Positions 52,377 to 63,924 of a DNA stretch of 64,000 bases are shown here, one piece after another. The stretch lies in assembly GCA_001002135.1 (NCBI GenBank), contig LCLP01000001.1:485368-549367 (forward strand), in the 5' to 3' direction. The first letter of the stretch is position 1, and each line of letters begins with the position of its first letter. The notes beneath the pieces were generated by a model that was not told where the DNA came from, searched no databases, and saw only the letters and a list, made by a program, of their open reading frames with translations. This DNA comes from Candidatus Pacebacteria bacterium GW2011_GWA1_46_10. Its GTDB lineage: Bacteria; Patescibacteriota; Microgenomatia; UBA1400; PJMF01. Position numbers and translations under genes: made by a program.

Positions 52377-55340
52377 CTATCCTCGGTGTTCAGGTGCATT
52401 AATCAAGCCGCATTTCTTGTATTTCAGGCCACTGCCACAGGGGCAGGGGTCGTTGCGGCCGATTTTGACCTGTTTAGAACCTGGGTTAGGCATAGCGCCA
52501 CCCTTGGCGGTACCCAAGGCTTTGGCCAAATCACCCAAAGACCCACTGGTTTTTTGTGGTGCTTTGCCAGGAGAGGGTGGGGTAGCGTCAGCCACTTCTT
52601 TGGCCAGACTCTCATGGATGTCTTCTTTCTCCAGCTTAACGTTAGTGGGCACAATCGGTTGGGTGGGCAAGCGAGCGGGTTGAACGCGGAAAATGCGATG
52701 AGCAATGGTGGAATCAATCGTTTGAATGAGGTTTTCGAATAAACCAAAAGCCTCCTTTTTGTATTCAGACAAGACCGTTCGCTTATCACCCCGCAGCCAA
52801 ATCCCTTCTCGCAGACTCTCCACTTCATCTAAGTGGTCCATCCATTTTTCATCAACAGTCGAAAGAACCACCAGTCTTTCGATCTGACGCAGTTGAATCT
52901 TACCCAACACTTCCTCCCTCGACTGATAGGTTTTCGTCACTACCCCGTTCAATCGATCAATAATAGTAGTTTCATTTTCCAGCTTTTTTAAATCACTCAA
53001 CAGTTTTTTCTGTGAATTTTCATCAAACGGAATAATAGTCACAAATTCTTTAACCAAACCGTCATACATTTCATCCGAAAAACCTTCGGCCGTTTTACTC
53101 GTCACCAATGAGCGTACTTCATTCTCCAAGAAGCCTAAGATTTGCTCTTTGAGCGACTCACCATTAACCTCTTCACCTTCCGCCTCAGCTTCGGCCTGTT
53201 CCAGTAACCGACGGCGGCGCTGGTAGATAATCTCTCTGTGTTTGTTCATCACATCATCAAACTCCACCAGTCTTTTGCGCTGATCAAAGAAAAAGCCTTC
53301 AACCTTAACCTGTGCCGACTCGATTGATTTCCCGACCATGGCATGCTCGATCGGCTGATCTTCCTCAATCTTGAGAAAATCCATCACCTTAGCAATCTGT
53401 TCGCCACCAAAAATGCGCATAATCTCATCATCCAGGGCAATAAAGAACTGTGAAGAACCCGGGTCACCCTGACGACCGGAGCGCCCCCGCAGCTGATTGT
53501 CAATCCGGCGAGATTCATGCCGCTCAGTGCCAATGATATGCAAACCGCCAAGCCTCACCACTTCTTCGTGCGCCTTTTGCCATCTATCAATCGCTGAGGC
53601 GTACTCGCTTAATTTATAGTTGGCAGGATTAATGTTAGTAGGCAGTTGAAGGTGAGCTAATTTCTTTGGTAAAGTCATTTTTTTCTTGGTCAAGGTTTTT
53701 TTGCGAAACTCTTTGAGTTCCGGCTGTGCACCCCCCAAGACAATATCCACCCCGCGGCCGGCGATGTTGGTGGCGACCGTAATCGCTCCTTTCTTCCCAG
53801 CGTCAGCAATAATAAAAGCCTCTTTTTCATTATTTTTGGCGTTCAAGATTTGATGGGGGATTTTCTTGCGGCTCAAAAAATTAGCAATAATCTGGTTATT
53901 TTCAATTGAGCGGGTACCGAGCAAAACTGGTCGCCCTTTGGCATGCAAGCGCTCAATTTCCTTGACAATCGCCGAGTACTTGGCCGCGGTAGTCTTGTAC
54001 ACCACGTCTGGCCGATCTTCACGGATACCCGGCACATTGGTGGGAATGACCAAAACATCCACTTCGTAAATCTTATTGAACTCTTCTGCTTCGGTGGCCG
54101 CCGTACCGGTCATACCAGCCAATTTGTCATATAACCGGAAATAATTCTGAATAGAGATCGTGGCCAGTGTACGCGACTCTTGCTGGATCGGCACGTTTTC
54201 CTTGGCTTCAATCGCTTGATGTAAACCATCCGAGTAGCGGCGGCCATACATTAATCGGCCCGTGTGTTCATCCACAATCACCACTTGATTCTCGCGAACA
54301 ATGTACTCCTTATCGCGATGATAAAGCGTCATGGCTTTGAGCGCCGACTCCACTTGGTGGATCGTGTCGAAACTCTCCTCATAGAGATTTTTCACATTGA
54401 GTTTCTGTTCAATCCGTTTTACACCCAAGTCGGTCAAGGTGGCCGCTTTGGCCTTTTCATCAACTTTATAGTCTTGATCTTTCACCAGTGATTTCACCAT
54501 GTGAGCCGAGTCGTAGTATTTCTGCGTCGGTTCACTATCAGGTGCGGAGATAATCAGTGGGGTACGGGCTTCGTCAATCAGAATCGAGTCGGCCTCATCA
54601 ACAATGGCGAAATGATGAGTGTTGTTCTGGCGTTGGACCATGCGATCTAGCGATTGGACCATGTTATCGCGCAGATAATCAAAGCCGAATTCATTATTGG
54701 TGCCATACGTAATATCAGCTAAATAGGCGTCCTTGCGCGGAATTTCCACAAAGTGTTCCAAGCGTTCGTCACCCCGGTCTTCACTGTCCACACTGGGATC
54801 ATAGAGTTTGGCATGATCATGAATAATCACCGATGTCTTCAAGCCGAGGAAATGATAGATTGGTCCCATCCAACCAACGCCTACTTCCGCCAAGTAGTCA
54901 TTGACGGTTACTAGGTGCACACCTTTGCTCAACAGAGCGTTGAGATAGAGTGGAGCGGTGACAGTGAGCGTCTTTCCCTCACCCGTTTTCTGCTCAGTGA
55001 TATTGCTTTTATGCAGGGCAATACCCGCTAAAAGCTGGACATCATACGGCCGTAAACCCAAGACACGCCGAGAAACCTCACGTACTGTGGCAAAGGCCTC
55101 CGGCAATAGTTCATCGAGCATATTCTGCTCGGCGAGTCTCAAGGCTTGCGGATCAACCTCGATAATTTGTTTCCGGGCTTCATCAATTGCTCGACGGAAT
55201 TTTTCCGTCTGGGCGGCGAGCTGTGTATCAGTGAGTTTTTTGATGGTCGGCTCAAGCGCATTGATTTGCTCAACGATTTTTTGGTACAAGCCCAGTTTCT
55301 TTTTGTTCTCATCAAAAAGGCCGGCCAGAAACTTAAACAT
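52377..55340 (-). CDS. secA: preprotein translocase ATPase SecA
   Basis: 987 aa; DEAD-like motor (Walker A within NBD1), C-terminal zinc-binding tail DPCPCGSGLKYKKCG; TATAAT 8 nt before the ATG. Confidence 0.95.
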   Translation of the reverse strand: MFKFLAGLFDENKKKLGLYQKIVEQINALEPTIKKLTDTQLAAQTEKFRRAIDEARKQIIEVDPQALRLAEQNMLDELLPEAFATVREVSRRVLGLRPYDVQLLAGIALHKSNITEQKTGEGKTLTVTAPLYLNALLSKGVHLVTVNDYLAEVGVGWMGPIYHFLGLKTSVIIHDHAKLYDPSVDSEDRGDERLEHFVEIPRKDAYLADITYGTNNEFGFDYLRDNMVQSLDRMVQRQNNTHHFAIVDEADSILIDEARTPLIISAPDSEPTQKYYDSAHMVKSLVKDQDYKVDEKAKAATLTDLGVKRIEQKLNVKNLYEESFDTIHQVESALKAMTLYHRDKEYIVRENQVVIVDEHTGRLMYGRRYSDGLHQAIEAKENVPIQQESRTLATISIQNYFRLYDKLAGMTGTAATEAEEFNKIYEVDVLVIPTNVPGIREDRPDVVYKTTAAKYSAIVKEIERLHAKGRPVLLGTRSIENNQIIANFLSRKKIPHQILNAKNNEKEAFIIADAGKKGAITVATNIAGRGVDIVLGGAQPELKEFRKKTLTKKKMTLPKKLAHLQLPTNINPANYKLSEYASAIDRWQKAHEEVVRLGGLHIIGTERHESRRIDNQLRGRSGRQGDPGSSQFFIALDDEIMRIFGGEQIAKVMDFLKIEEDQPIEHAMVGKSIESAQVKVEGFFFDQRKRLVEFDDVMNKHREIIYQRRRRLLEQAEAEAEGEEVNGESLKEQILGFLENEVRSLVTSKTAEGFSDEMYDGLVKEFVTIIPFDENSQKKLLSDLKKLENETTIIDRLNGVVTKTYQSREEVLGKIQLRQIERLVVLSTVDEKWMDHLDEVESLREGIWLRGDKRTVLSEYKKEAFGLFENLIQTIDSTIAHRIFRVQPARLPTQPIVPTNVKLEKEDIHESLAKEVADATPPSPGKAPQKTSGSLGDLAKALGTAKGGAMPNPGSKQVKIGRNDPCPCGSGLKYKKCGLINAPEHRG

Positions 55341-55348
55341 AGGGGTTT

Positions 55349-55354
55349 ATTATA
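55349..55354 (-). promoter_or_regulatory. -10 box TATAAT 8 nt upstream of secA ATG (leaderless-type promoter)
   Basis: minus strand gggcTATAATaaacccctATG. Confidence 0.45.
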
Positions 55355-55388
55355 GCCCAAGCCAGGATGTTTTTCTCTGCAAGACAAC

Positions 55389-56663
55389 TTACAAACTGAT
55401 TTTTTCTTTGCCTAAGTAAGACTGAAGTGTTTTCGGCACTGCAATCGACCCATCAGCTTGCTGATAGTTCTCGACAATGGCAGCCAACAAGCGAGGAGAC
55501 GCGCCCACGGTGTTATTGAGCGTATAAACATACTTCAGACTACCATCAGCCGCTTGGTAGCGAATATTGAGCCGTCGGGTTTGAAAATCATTAAAATAAC
55601 TGGCTGAATGGGTCTCTCGATATTTATTTTGGGCTGGAAACCAGGTTTCCAAGTCATATTTTTTGCGCTGCCCAGCCCCCATATCACCAGTACACATCAG
55701 CACTACTTGATACGGTAGATCAAGACTTTTGAGTAACTCCTCTGAGTAACCGACCATTTTCTCGTGCCATTCCCGAGTCACTTTTTCATCGGCCACAGTG
55801 TAGACCATTTGTTCGACTTTATTAAATTGATGAACACGAATCACCCCTTGAGTATCTTTGCCATAAGAACCGACTTCGCGGCGGAAACAAGTTGAGATGC
55901 CGGTTAACTTGATTGGCAGGTCTTTCTCGGCCAAGGTTTCACCCATGTGGTAGGCAGTCAAAGCCACTTCCGAAGTGCCTGTCAAGATTAAATCATCTTG
56001 GGTAATGTAGTGATCTTCTTCGCCCCAAGGAAAATAACCAGTACCAACCAAGGCCTCACGTTTAGCCAAAACCGGCGTACCAACCGGAGTAAAACCATGC
56101 TTGACCATCAGATCGAGCGCGTAAGCCATCAGCGCTCGTTCTAGTAATAAACCGTCATTTTTCAGGAAATAGGCTCTGAAACCGGAAATCTTGACTGCCC
56201 GTTTGGTGTCGAGCATAGCCAAAGCTTCCATCAGTTCATGATGAGGTTTAATTGGAAAATCAAACTTTGGTAATTTGCCCTCGGTGCGGATGACTTTGTT
56301 GCCCGTTTCATCTTTCCCCACCGGCACATCTTCTGCCGGCACATTAGGCACTAAGAGTAAAGCCATATTCAATTTTTCCTCGACCTCTTTCAGTTGTGGT
56401 TCTAATTCTTTGAGCTGAGTCTTAATTTTCTTACCCTTAGTCAACGCCTCTTGACTCGGCTTTTTACCACTGCGAACCGCTTGTTTTACTTCATCAGCAT
56501 TGGTGTTACTTTGTTGGCGTAGCTCTTGCACTTTGGCAATCAAACCGCGGCGATCCTCATCCAACTTCAGCACTGTCTTTACCACTGCCGGGTCAAGCTG
56601 TTTATTTTTACAAGCTTGCTCCACCACTGCTGCATTTTCACGGATGTAGCCAATATCTAACAT
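55389..56663 (-). CDS. serS: seryl-tRNA synthetase
   Basis: N-terminal coiled-coil arm, class II motifs; 424 aa. Confidence 0.93.
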   Translation of the reverse strand: MLDIGYIRENAAVVEQACKNKQLDPAVVKTVLKLDEDRRGLIAKVQELRQQSNTNADEVKQAVRSGKKPSQEALTKGKKIKTQLKELEPQLKEVEEKLNMALLLVPNVPAEDVPVGKDETGNKVIRTEGKLPKFDFPIKPHHELMEALAMLDTKRAVKISGFRAYFLKNDGLLLERALMAYALDLMVKHGFTPVGTPVLAKREALVGTGYFPWGEEDHYITQDDLILTGTSEVALTAYHMGETLAEKDLPIKLTGISTCFRREVGSYGKDTQGVIRVHQFNKVEQMVYTVADEKVTREWHEKMVGYSEELLKSLDLPYQVVLMCTGDMGAGQRKKYDLETWFPAQNKYRETHSASYFNDFQTRRLNIRYQAADGSLKYVYTLNNTVGASPRLLAAIVENYQQADGSIAVPKTLQSYLGKEKISL

Positions 56664-57200
56664 TTACGTTTCCTTTTTAAATACTTCAATTAAGAATGAT
56701 ATATGCTCGTCTGGGGTTTTGCCAATGAGTGTAAACCCTTTGTTAATCTCTTCTCGATCAACATTGGCCGCAAACGAAACGTCTTTGAGTTTCTTTTTGA
56801 CCGATTTTGGCTTCATATCAGCAAATTTATTTGGCCGCATCAATGACACCGCGTGCATAAAGCCAGAGAGTTCATCACAAGCAAAGAGATATTTGTCTAA
56901 TAATGTCTCTGGTTCTTGTCCAGTTCTCATCGTCGCATGAGCGCGGATTGCCCTCAATAATTCAGCTGGGTAGTCAACCAAAATCTCATTGACCGCTTTA
57001 TTGGGGTGTTCATCCGGATACATTTCCCAATCCAGGTCATGGAGTAACCCGGTTTGGTACCACAGTTCAGCGTCTTCACCAAGCTCCTTGGCATAGACCT
57101 CCATCGCCCGGGCCACCATTCGGCAGTGATGCCGCAGCGCTTCGTTCTTGACGTATTTTTCCAACAACTGTGCTGATTGCTGCCGAGCGGGGAGTGTCAT
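56664..57200 (-). CDS. HD-domain phosphohydrolase
   Basis: H...HD...D metal-binding signature (…LLHDLDWEMYPDEH…); 178 aa; abuts the serS start. Confidence 0.7.
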   Translation of the reverse strand: MTLPARQQSAQLLEKYVKNEALRHHCRMVARAMEVYAKELGEDAELWYQTGLLHDLDWEMYPDEHPNKAVNEILVDYPAELLRAIRAHATMRTGQEPETLLDKYLFACDELSGFMHAVSLMRPNKFADMKPKSVKKKLKDVSFAANVDREEINKGFTLIGKTPDEHISFLIEVFKKET

Positions 57201-57207
57201 CCTGTTG

Positions 57208-58866
57208 CTACTTTCCTGTCAACTCTTTTACTCGAGCTTGACGTTCTTTCACTGGGATATTCAGTAAAAACCAAGCTGCTCGAGGACCAGCGGTTTTTCC
57301 CAAAAAAGCTTTATAAATTGCCTGAAAACCCTGCTTTGCCCCAAGTGAACTTTTAGCCAAGTCAAACAAGGCTTGTTGCAAGGCTTCGGGCTGCCAGGAC
57401 TGACGATTGATCAACTTCTCAACCGCCTGCAGATACTGTTTCTCTTCAGTAGTGAGTTCAAGAGTGGGTGTTTGGTCAGGTCTAAAGGTCAATTGAAACT
57501 CTGCCGGCGCATACTGATCAACCCAGATCTGAGCGTATCGACGGCGTTCTTCAAGCAGAGCTTGCTCCGTTTTAGTCAACAGTGAGCCCTTAAGCTCAGT
57601 AAATTGTTTGAGTAAATCAAGCTCTGGATGTTGCATCCACAGTGCCACATCCCGAAAACGAGGTAAAAAGTGAGCTTTCGGCACTTTCCCCCCGGATTGG
57701 GACAGTTCAAACGCCCTGGCCATTCGCTGGTCTCCCTCTTCTTGTTGCCAATAGATTCTGGCCGCTTGGTCGTACTCATCAAACAAGTCCGGCATGGCCA
57801 TGCCACCTGGATCGAAATCAATCACTTGATTGTAGTGTTTGTTTAAGAAAAGGAAGCGACCGATTTGTGGCGGGAAAAGCCGCACAAACTCTCTGGCGGA
57901 AGTGCCAACCCCTTTGCTGGAACTCATTTTCGCCCCTCGGACCAAAATAAACTCATAGGGAATATCAAATGGATTTGGTCGCTCAAACACTTGCTCAATA
58001 ATCGCTCGACCCATGTCCCGTGAACCACCGGCTGAACTATGATCTTTGCCTGCACCCTCCACCGTCACCCCCATCACTTGCCAATGGGCCGGCCAGTCAA
58101 CTTTCCACAACAGCTTGCCGGTGCCGCCAAATGGACTGATCTTGCCTTGATAGCCGCACCCCTCGGCCCAAACCACTTTATGCGGCTGACACTCAAACGT
58201 CACCTGCTTGCCATCCCAGTCAGTTGTCAAAGTGGTACCAATCTTACCGCACTGCGGACAAATAACTTGAAAAGGATACCATTTGGCCGGCAGTTCGTAG
58301 TCAGCTACCTCTTTGTAGATTTTCTTGATTTTATCGACGTTATCCAAAGACAGTCGAATTACCTCATCCATTTGACCTGACTCATACAGTTCATGGCTCC
58401 AGACAATTGCCTGGTCGCAATCAAGTTTCCTGAAAGCATTGATAAAATCCTGGGCATAAAACTGGGCCATGGTCTTGGCGGCTTGAAATCGCTTTTTTTC
58501 TTCGTCCGAAGTCTTTGCCAACTCCATTCCTGACTGTTCTAGTGGGGGAGCCGGAATGCGATGAAGTGGTTTGCCCATTTGTGGCTCGTACTCGACTCGA
58601 TCAAGGTAGTGAGGCAGCCCATCCAACGGATCCATATCGTTGAAAACATACGTACTGATTATCTTTTGGTTGGAGCTTTTTTGGAGTACCTTGGCAATCA
58701 CATCATGCAACACCACTCCCCGCAATGACCCGGTGTGTACCCTCCCTGAGGGAGTTTTCATGTCATCGACATGCAACTGATCGATTTTTTTGCCCAGCTT
58801 CTTCTGCCAGGCAAAAACGTCTTTGGCTGCTTTGTCAGCCCAGTGAAGTGATTGATTATCAGTCAT
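57208..58866 (-). CDS. lysK: lysyl-tRNA synthetase, class I (archaeal/spirochaete type)
   Basis: N-terminal SLHWADKAA...MKTPSGRVHTGSLRG (class I LysRS HIGH-region pattern ...PSGxxHxGNxRE), KMSKS-type motif KMSSSKG; 552 aa. Confidence 0.8.
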   Translation of the reverse strand: MTDNQSLHWADKAAKDVFAWQKKLGKKIDQLHVDDMKTPSGRVHTGSLRGVVLHDVIAKVLQKSSNQKIISTYVFNDMDPLDGLPHYLDRVEYEPQMGKPLHRIPAPPLEQSGMELAKTSDEEKKRFQAAKTMAQFYAQDFINAFRKLDCDQAIVWSHELYESGQMDEVIRLSLDNVDKIKKIYKEVADYELPAKWYPFQVICPQCGKIGTTLTTDWDGKQVTFECQPHKVVWAEGCGYQGKISPFGGTGKLLWKVDWPAHWQVMGVTVEGAGKDHSSAGGSRDMGRAIIEQVFERPNPFDIPYEFILVRGAKMSSSKGVGTSAREFVRLFPPQIGRFLFLNKHYNQVIDFDPGGMAMPDLFDEYDQAARIYWQQEEGDQRMARAFELSQSGGKVPKAHFLPRFRDVALWMQHPELDLLKQFTELKGSLLTKTEQALLEERRRYAQIWVDQYAPAEFQLTFRPDQTPTLELTTEEKQYLQAVEKLINRQSWQPEALQQALFDLAKSSLGAKQGFQAIYKAFLGKTAGPRAAWFLLNIPVKERQARVKELTGK

Positions 58867-58894
58867 ATTTCCTCTGATTTCTTATTATAAACGT

Positions 58895-58917
58895 AAAAAC
58901 CCCGCCTTGTGGCGGGG
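58895..58917 (-). terminator. intrinsic terminator downstream of greA
   Basis: minus strand CCCCGCC-ACAA-GGCGGGG followed by TTTTT. Confidence 0.8.
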
Positions 58918-58939
58918 ATTCAGCTTGAGTGTTTCTTTT

Positions 58940-59410
58940 TTACTTAATATTTTTAATGACGTACACTACTTTACCCGCCGGCGCTTCGACCGTAACTTTG
59001 TCACCCTTCTTCTTGCCAAGCAAAGCCTTACCCAAAGGCGAAACAGCCGAAACCTTCCCTTCCTCTGGGTCAGCCTCAAACTCACCGACGATTTCATAAG
59101 TAAAGGTTTTGCCAACCTTGCCCTCGATATAAACTTCTACTCGAGAACCAATCCCAACCTGTGAGTGAGTGTTGGTATTCTTGACCACGGTGGCGTGAGC
59201 CAAAATATCTTCGATCTCACTGATTCTGGCCTCGATAAAACTCTGCTCTTCTTTACCCGCGTGATAGTCGGCGTTTTCAGATAGATCGCCCTGTTCACGA
59301 GCAGCCGACACCCGTTCGATTACCTGAGGGAGTTTTTCTTTTTTGAGTTGTTGGAGTTCACTCTTTAGCTCCTCCAAACCCTCTTGCGTCAACTGGACTT
59401 TGTCCATCAT
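58940..59410 (-). CDS. greA: transcription elongation factor GreA
   Basis: N-terminal coiled-coil with acidic tip ...REQGDLSENADY..., C-terminal FKBP-like domain; 156 aa. Confidence 0.92.
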   Translation of the reverse strand: MMDKVQLTQEGLEELKSELQQLKKEKLPQVIERVSAAREQGDLSENADYHAGKEEQSFIEARISEIEDILAHATVVKNTNTHSQVGIGSRVEVYIEGKVGKTFTYEIVGEFEADPEEGKVSAVSPLGKALLGKKKGDKVTVEAPAGKVVYVIKNIK

Positions 59411-59430
59411 TGCCCCTTTATTTGTGCTTA

Positions 59431-59465
59431 CAAAAGAATATCCTCCGACACAAAAACTGGAGGAT
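59431..59465 (-). terminator. probable intrinsic terminator downstream of atpC
   Basis: minus strand ATCCTCC-agtttttgtgtc-GGAGGAT followed by AUUCUUUUG. Confidence 0.5.
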
Positions 59466-59527
59466 GGGGTTAGTATAGAGGGTTTTTGACGACAGGCAAG
59501 GGGAAATTACTTGAGAAAATCCAGAGG

Positions 59528-59947
59528 TCAAATGCGGGTTTTACGGGTCTTTTGGGCCACTTTGACCTCCATCATTGCTTGTCTGAGCGAGGCCTCAGCT
59601 AACAATAGTTCGCGTTGATCACGAGTTTTCTTCATCGTTTCATGAGCGGCTTGAATAGCGGCTTCCGCTTTTTCCACACTGATATCGCGAGCCAAGACAC
59701 CACTGTCAACCAACACCGTCACCGCTCCTGATGGGGCCACATTGGCAAACCCATTGGAAACAACCACTGATACTTCTTCACCACTCGTGCGATATACCAA
59801 CTGACCGGTAGTTACTTTGGTAAAGAGTGGTACATGTTTATACAACACAGTAATCTCACCCTCACCGGTGGGAATAGTGACCGACTCAACCTCAGTCGAC
59901 AGCACTTCTTTGTCTTGAGAGACGATGTGCAACGGGAATGATCTCAT
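59528..59947 (-). CDS. atpC: F0F1 ATP synthase subunit epsilon
   Basis: beta-sandwich N-terminal domain ...LHIVSQDKEVLSTEVESVTIPTGEGEITVL..., helical C-terminus; 139 aa. Confidence 0.9.
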   Translation of the reverse strand: MRSFPLHIVSQDKEVLSTEVESVTIPTGEGEITVLYKHVPLFTKVTTGQLVYRTSGEEVSVVVSNGFANVAPSGAVTVLVDSGVLARDISVEKAEAAIQAAHETMKKTRDQRELLLAEASLRQAMMEVKVAQKTRKTRI

Positions 59948-59950
59948 AGT

Positions 59951-61428
<1,478 letters not shown>

Positions 61429-61446
61429 TATTAACTTTTAATTTCT

Positions 61447-62319
61447 CTAATTAAGCGCCATGGTGGCCGAAACAATATCCAATAGCTCGCTCGTAATACT
61501 TTGCTGACGAGTTTTGTTGTAAATCAAACGTAACTCGTCGACTAGTTCAGCTGCGTTGTCACTGGCGTTCTTCATGGCCACCATCCGAGCACTATGTTCA
61601 CTCGCCTTCGCTTCTAGAAAAGCGTGGAACAACGTATTTTCCAGGTAGAAGGGGAGTAAATACTCCAAGATTTGTTTGGCGCCCGGTTCAAATACATAGG
61701 GTTTTGGCGGCAGTGTCACCTGTTTTTCTTTGGTCAAAGTAGCTTGCAATGCTTGGGTGAGCGGTAACAAAATTGCTTGCTTTGGTCGCTGCGACAAGGT
61801 GTTAATAAAATCGGTGTACAACACTTCCACCGAGCGGAAATGCTGTTCTTTAAAACCATTCAAGATCAGCGTCACCACTGGCAAAATATCTTTAAAAGTC
61901 AAATGGTCGGGTAAGTCAGTAAACTGCGCATGCACCGTCATACCGAGATTGCGGGCCAACAAGACCGCTTTTTTACCCACCGCCACTACTTGGCCGTCCC
62001 GATGCTCGTTGCGCCAAGTAAGTAGGGTTTTGGCCAGATTGGTATTCAGCGCCCCACACAAACCTTTATCAGTGCCGATCACACACATGACTGGAAAACC
62101 GATGGTATGGACTGAAAGGAGAGGGTGGTCACTGACACCGGAAACTTGCGCCACGGTCACGATTGAATCATACAATGCCCGGGAGTAGGGACGCGCGGCG
62201 ATAGCTTGATCTTGAGCTCGCTTCATCTTGCTGGCCGCTACCATCTCCATCGCCTTAGTAATCTTGGCGATGTTTTGAGCAGTGTTGATGCGGCGTTTAA
62301 CTTGGCGTTCACTTGACAT
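61447..62319 (-). CDS. atpG: F0F1 ATP synthase subunit gamma
   Basis: N-terminal ...RRINTAQNIAKITKAMEMVAASKMKRAQ... gamma signature; 290 aa. Confidence 0.9.
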   Translation of the reverse strand: MSSERQVKRRINTAQNIAKITKAMEMVAASKMKRAQDQAIAARPYSRALYDSIVTVAQVSGVSDHPLLSVHTIGFPVMCVIGTDKGLCGALNTNLAKTLLTWRNEHRDGQVVAVGKKAVLLARNLGMTVHAQFTDLPDHLTFKDILPVVTLILNGFKEQHFRSVEVLYTDFINTLSQRPKQAILLPLTQALQATLTKEKQVTLPPKPYVFEPGAKQILEYLLPFYLENTLFHAFLEAKASEHSARMVAMKNASDNAAELVDELRLIYNKTRQQSITSELLDIVSATMALN

Positions 62320-63922
62320 TGGCGGTTTCTTTCTCTTCTTCGGTCTTGATCATCAAATCACTCTTCAGAGCGTTAAAGCTTGTGACTGCTTTATGTAACT
62401 GTTCGATATGCTGATCGCTCAGTTTCTGCTCGGCAATAATTTCATTAAGGAGTGGTTGTTTGGCCACGTGCATGTATTCCAAATAAGCCTCTTCCCATTG
62501 TTGGATGGCCTCTTCGCGCACAGCATCTAAATGGCCGTTGACAGCGGCAAAGATCACCACCACTTGTTCTTCAAAACCCAATGGTTTGTCCCAACCTTGT
62601 TTCAACACCGCGTTTACTCGAGTACCACGATCTAAAGTTTTCTTGGTGCGTTCATCAAGGTCAGAACTAAATTGAGCAAAAGCTTGCAGTTCGCGAAACT
62701 GAGCTAAATCGAGTTTCATCGTACCGGCTACCTGTTTGACAGCCTTCAGCTGAGCGGAGCTACCGACCCGAGAAACCGACAAACCAACGTTAATGGCCGG
62801 CTTCATGCCGGCGTTAAACAGGTCAGCTTCCAAGTAAATCTGACCGTCGGTAATGGAAATGACGTTCGTGGGAATATAGGCGGAAACGTCGTTGGCTTGG
62901 GTTTCAATAATTGGCAGCGCCGTAATCGACCCGCCGCCATAATCTTTATTCAGCCGACACGCCCGCTCCAAGAGACGAGAGTGCAGATAGAAGATATCAC
63001 CCGGATACGCTTCACGACCACTGGGACGTTTCAATAGGAGCGAGATTTCCCGATAGGCTTGGGCATGTTTTGATAAGTCATCATAAATAATCAAGACATC
63101 TTTGCCTTTGTCCAAAAAGTATTCGCTGACAGCCAAACCGGTATAGGGGGCGAGGAATTGCTCGGCAGCACTGACTGAAGCACTAGCCGAAACAATAATG
63201 GTGTAATCCATCGCGCCATTGTCTTCTAAAATTTTCATGGTTTGAGCAATGGCTGCCCGTTTCTGACCAACCGCTACATAAACACAAATGACGTTCTCTT
63301 TTTTTTGATTGAGAATCGTGCCTAAAGCAATGGCGGTTTTCCCGGTCGAACGATCACCAATGATCAATTCACGCTGACCACGGCCAATCGGAATCATGGC
63401 ATCAATCGCCTTAATTCCAGTTTGGAGTGGCACCGTCACTGATTGACGAGTAATCACCCCTGGCGCAATCTTCTCCAGTGGCATGTATCTATCAACTAAC
63501 ACTGGCTCACGGCCATCCAACGATTCACCTAAACTGCCAACCACTCGACCAACAATGGCGTCACTCACCCCCACGGAGAGCACACGACCAGTGCGGGCCA
63601 CACTGTCACCAACCCTGATATCCATCGGGTCGCCCAACACCACAATCCCCACTGAGGTTTCACCCAAGTTCAAAGCCAAACCAAAACGTTTCCCGCCAAC
63701 ATCGACGATCTCACCAGCTTGTAAATCATCCAGTCCCGAAGCTTGGACCACGCCGTCTGCATAAGCCATGATCTCACCGACTGATTCAACTGATGTTGCC
63801 AGTTTCACTGATCGAACGAGTGAGGGAAGCTCAAATAAAGCCGGTGTTGCTTTGCGTGCAGCTGGTTTTTTGGCCGACGCGGCTTTTTGGCTGGTTTTTT
63901 GCACTACTTTCTTTTTTGCCAT
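62309..63922 (-). CDS. atpA: F0F1 ATP synthase subunit alpha (with about 23-aa Lys/Ala-rich N-terminal extension)
   Basis: Walker A GDRSTGKTA, conserved alpha blocks; the ATG is 2 nt after the atpH stop, and the N-terminus MAKKKVVQKTSQKAASAKKPAARKATPA precedes the conserved ...LFELPSLVRSVKL... region. Confidence 0.93.
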   Translation of the reverse strand: MAKKKVVQKTSQKAASAKKPAARKATPALFELPSLVRSVKLATSVESVGEIMAYADGVVQASGLDDLQAGEIVDVGGKRFGLALNLGETSVGIVVLGDPMDIRVGDSVARTGRVLSVGVSDAIVGRVVGSLGESLDGREPVLVDRYMPLEKIAPGVITRQSVTVPLQTGIKAIDAMIPIGRGQRELIIGDRSTGKTAIALGTILNQKKENVICVYVAVGQKRAAIAQTMKILEDNGAMDYTIIVSASASVSAAEQFLAPYTGLAVSEYFLDKGKDVLIIYDDLSKHAQAYREISLLLKRPSGREAYPGDIFYLHSRLLERACRLNKDYGGGSITALPIIETQANDVSAYIPTNVISITDGQIYLEADLFNAGMKPAINVGLSVSRVGSSAQLKAVKQVAGTMKLDLAQFRELQAFAQFSSDLDERTKKTLDRGTRVNAVLKQGWDKPLGFEEQVVVIFAAVNGHLDAVREEAIQQWEEAYLEYMHVAKQPLLNEIIAEQKLSDQHIEQLHKAVTSFNALKSDLMIKTEEEKETANVK

Positions 63923-63924
63923 AC

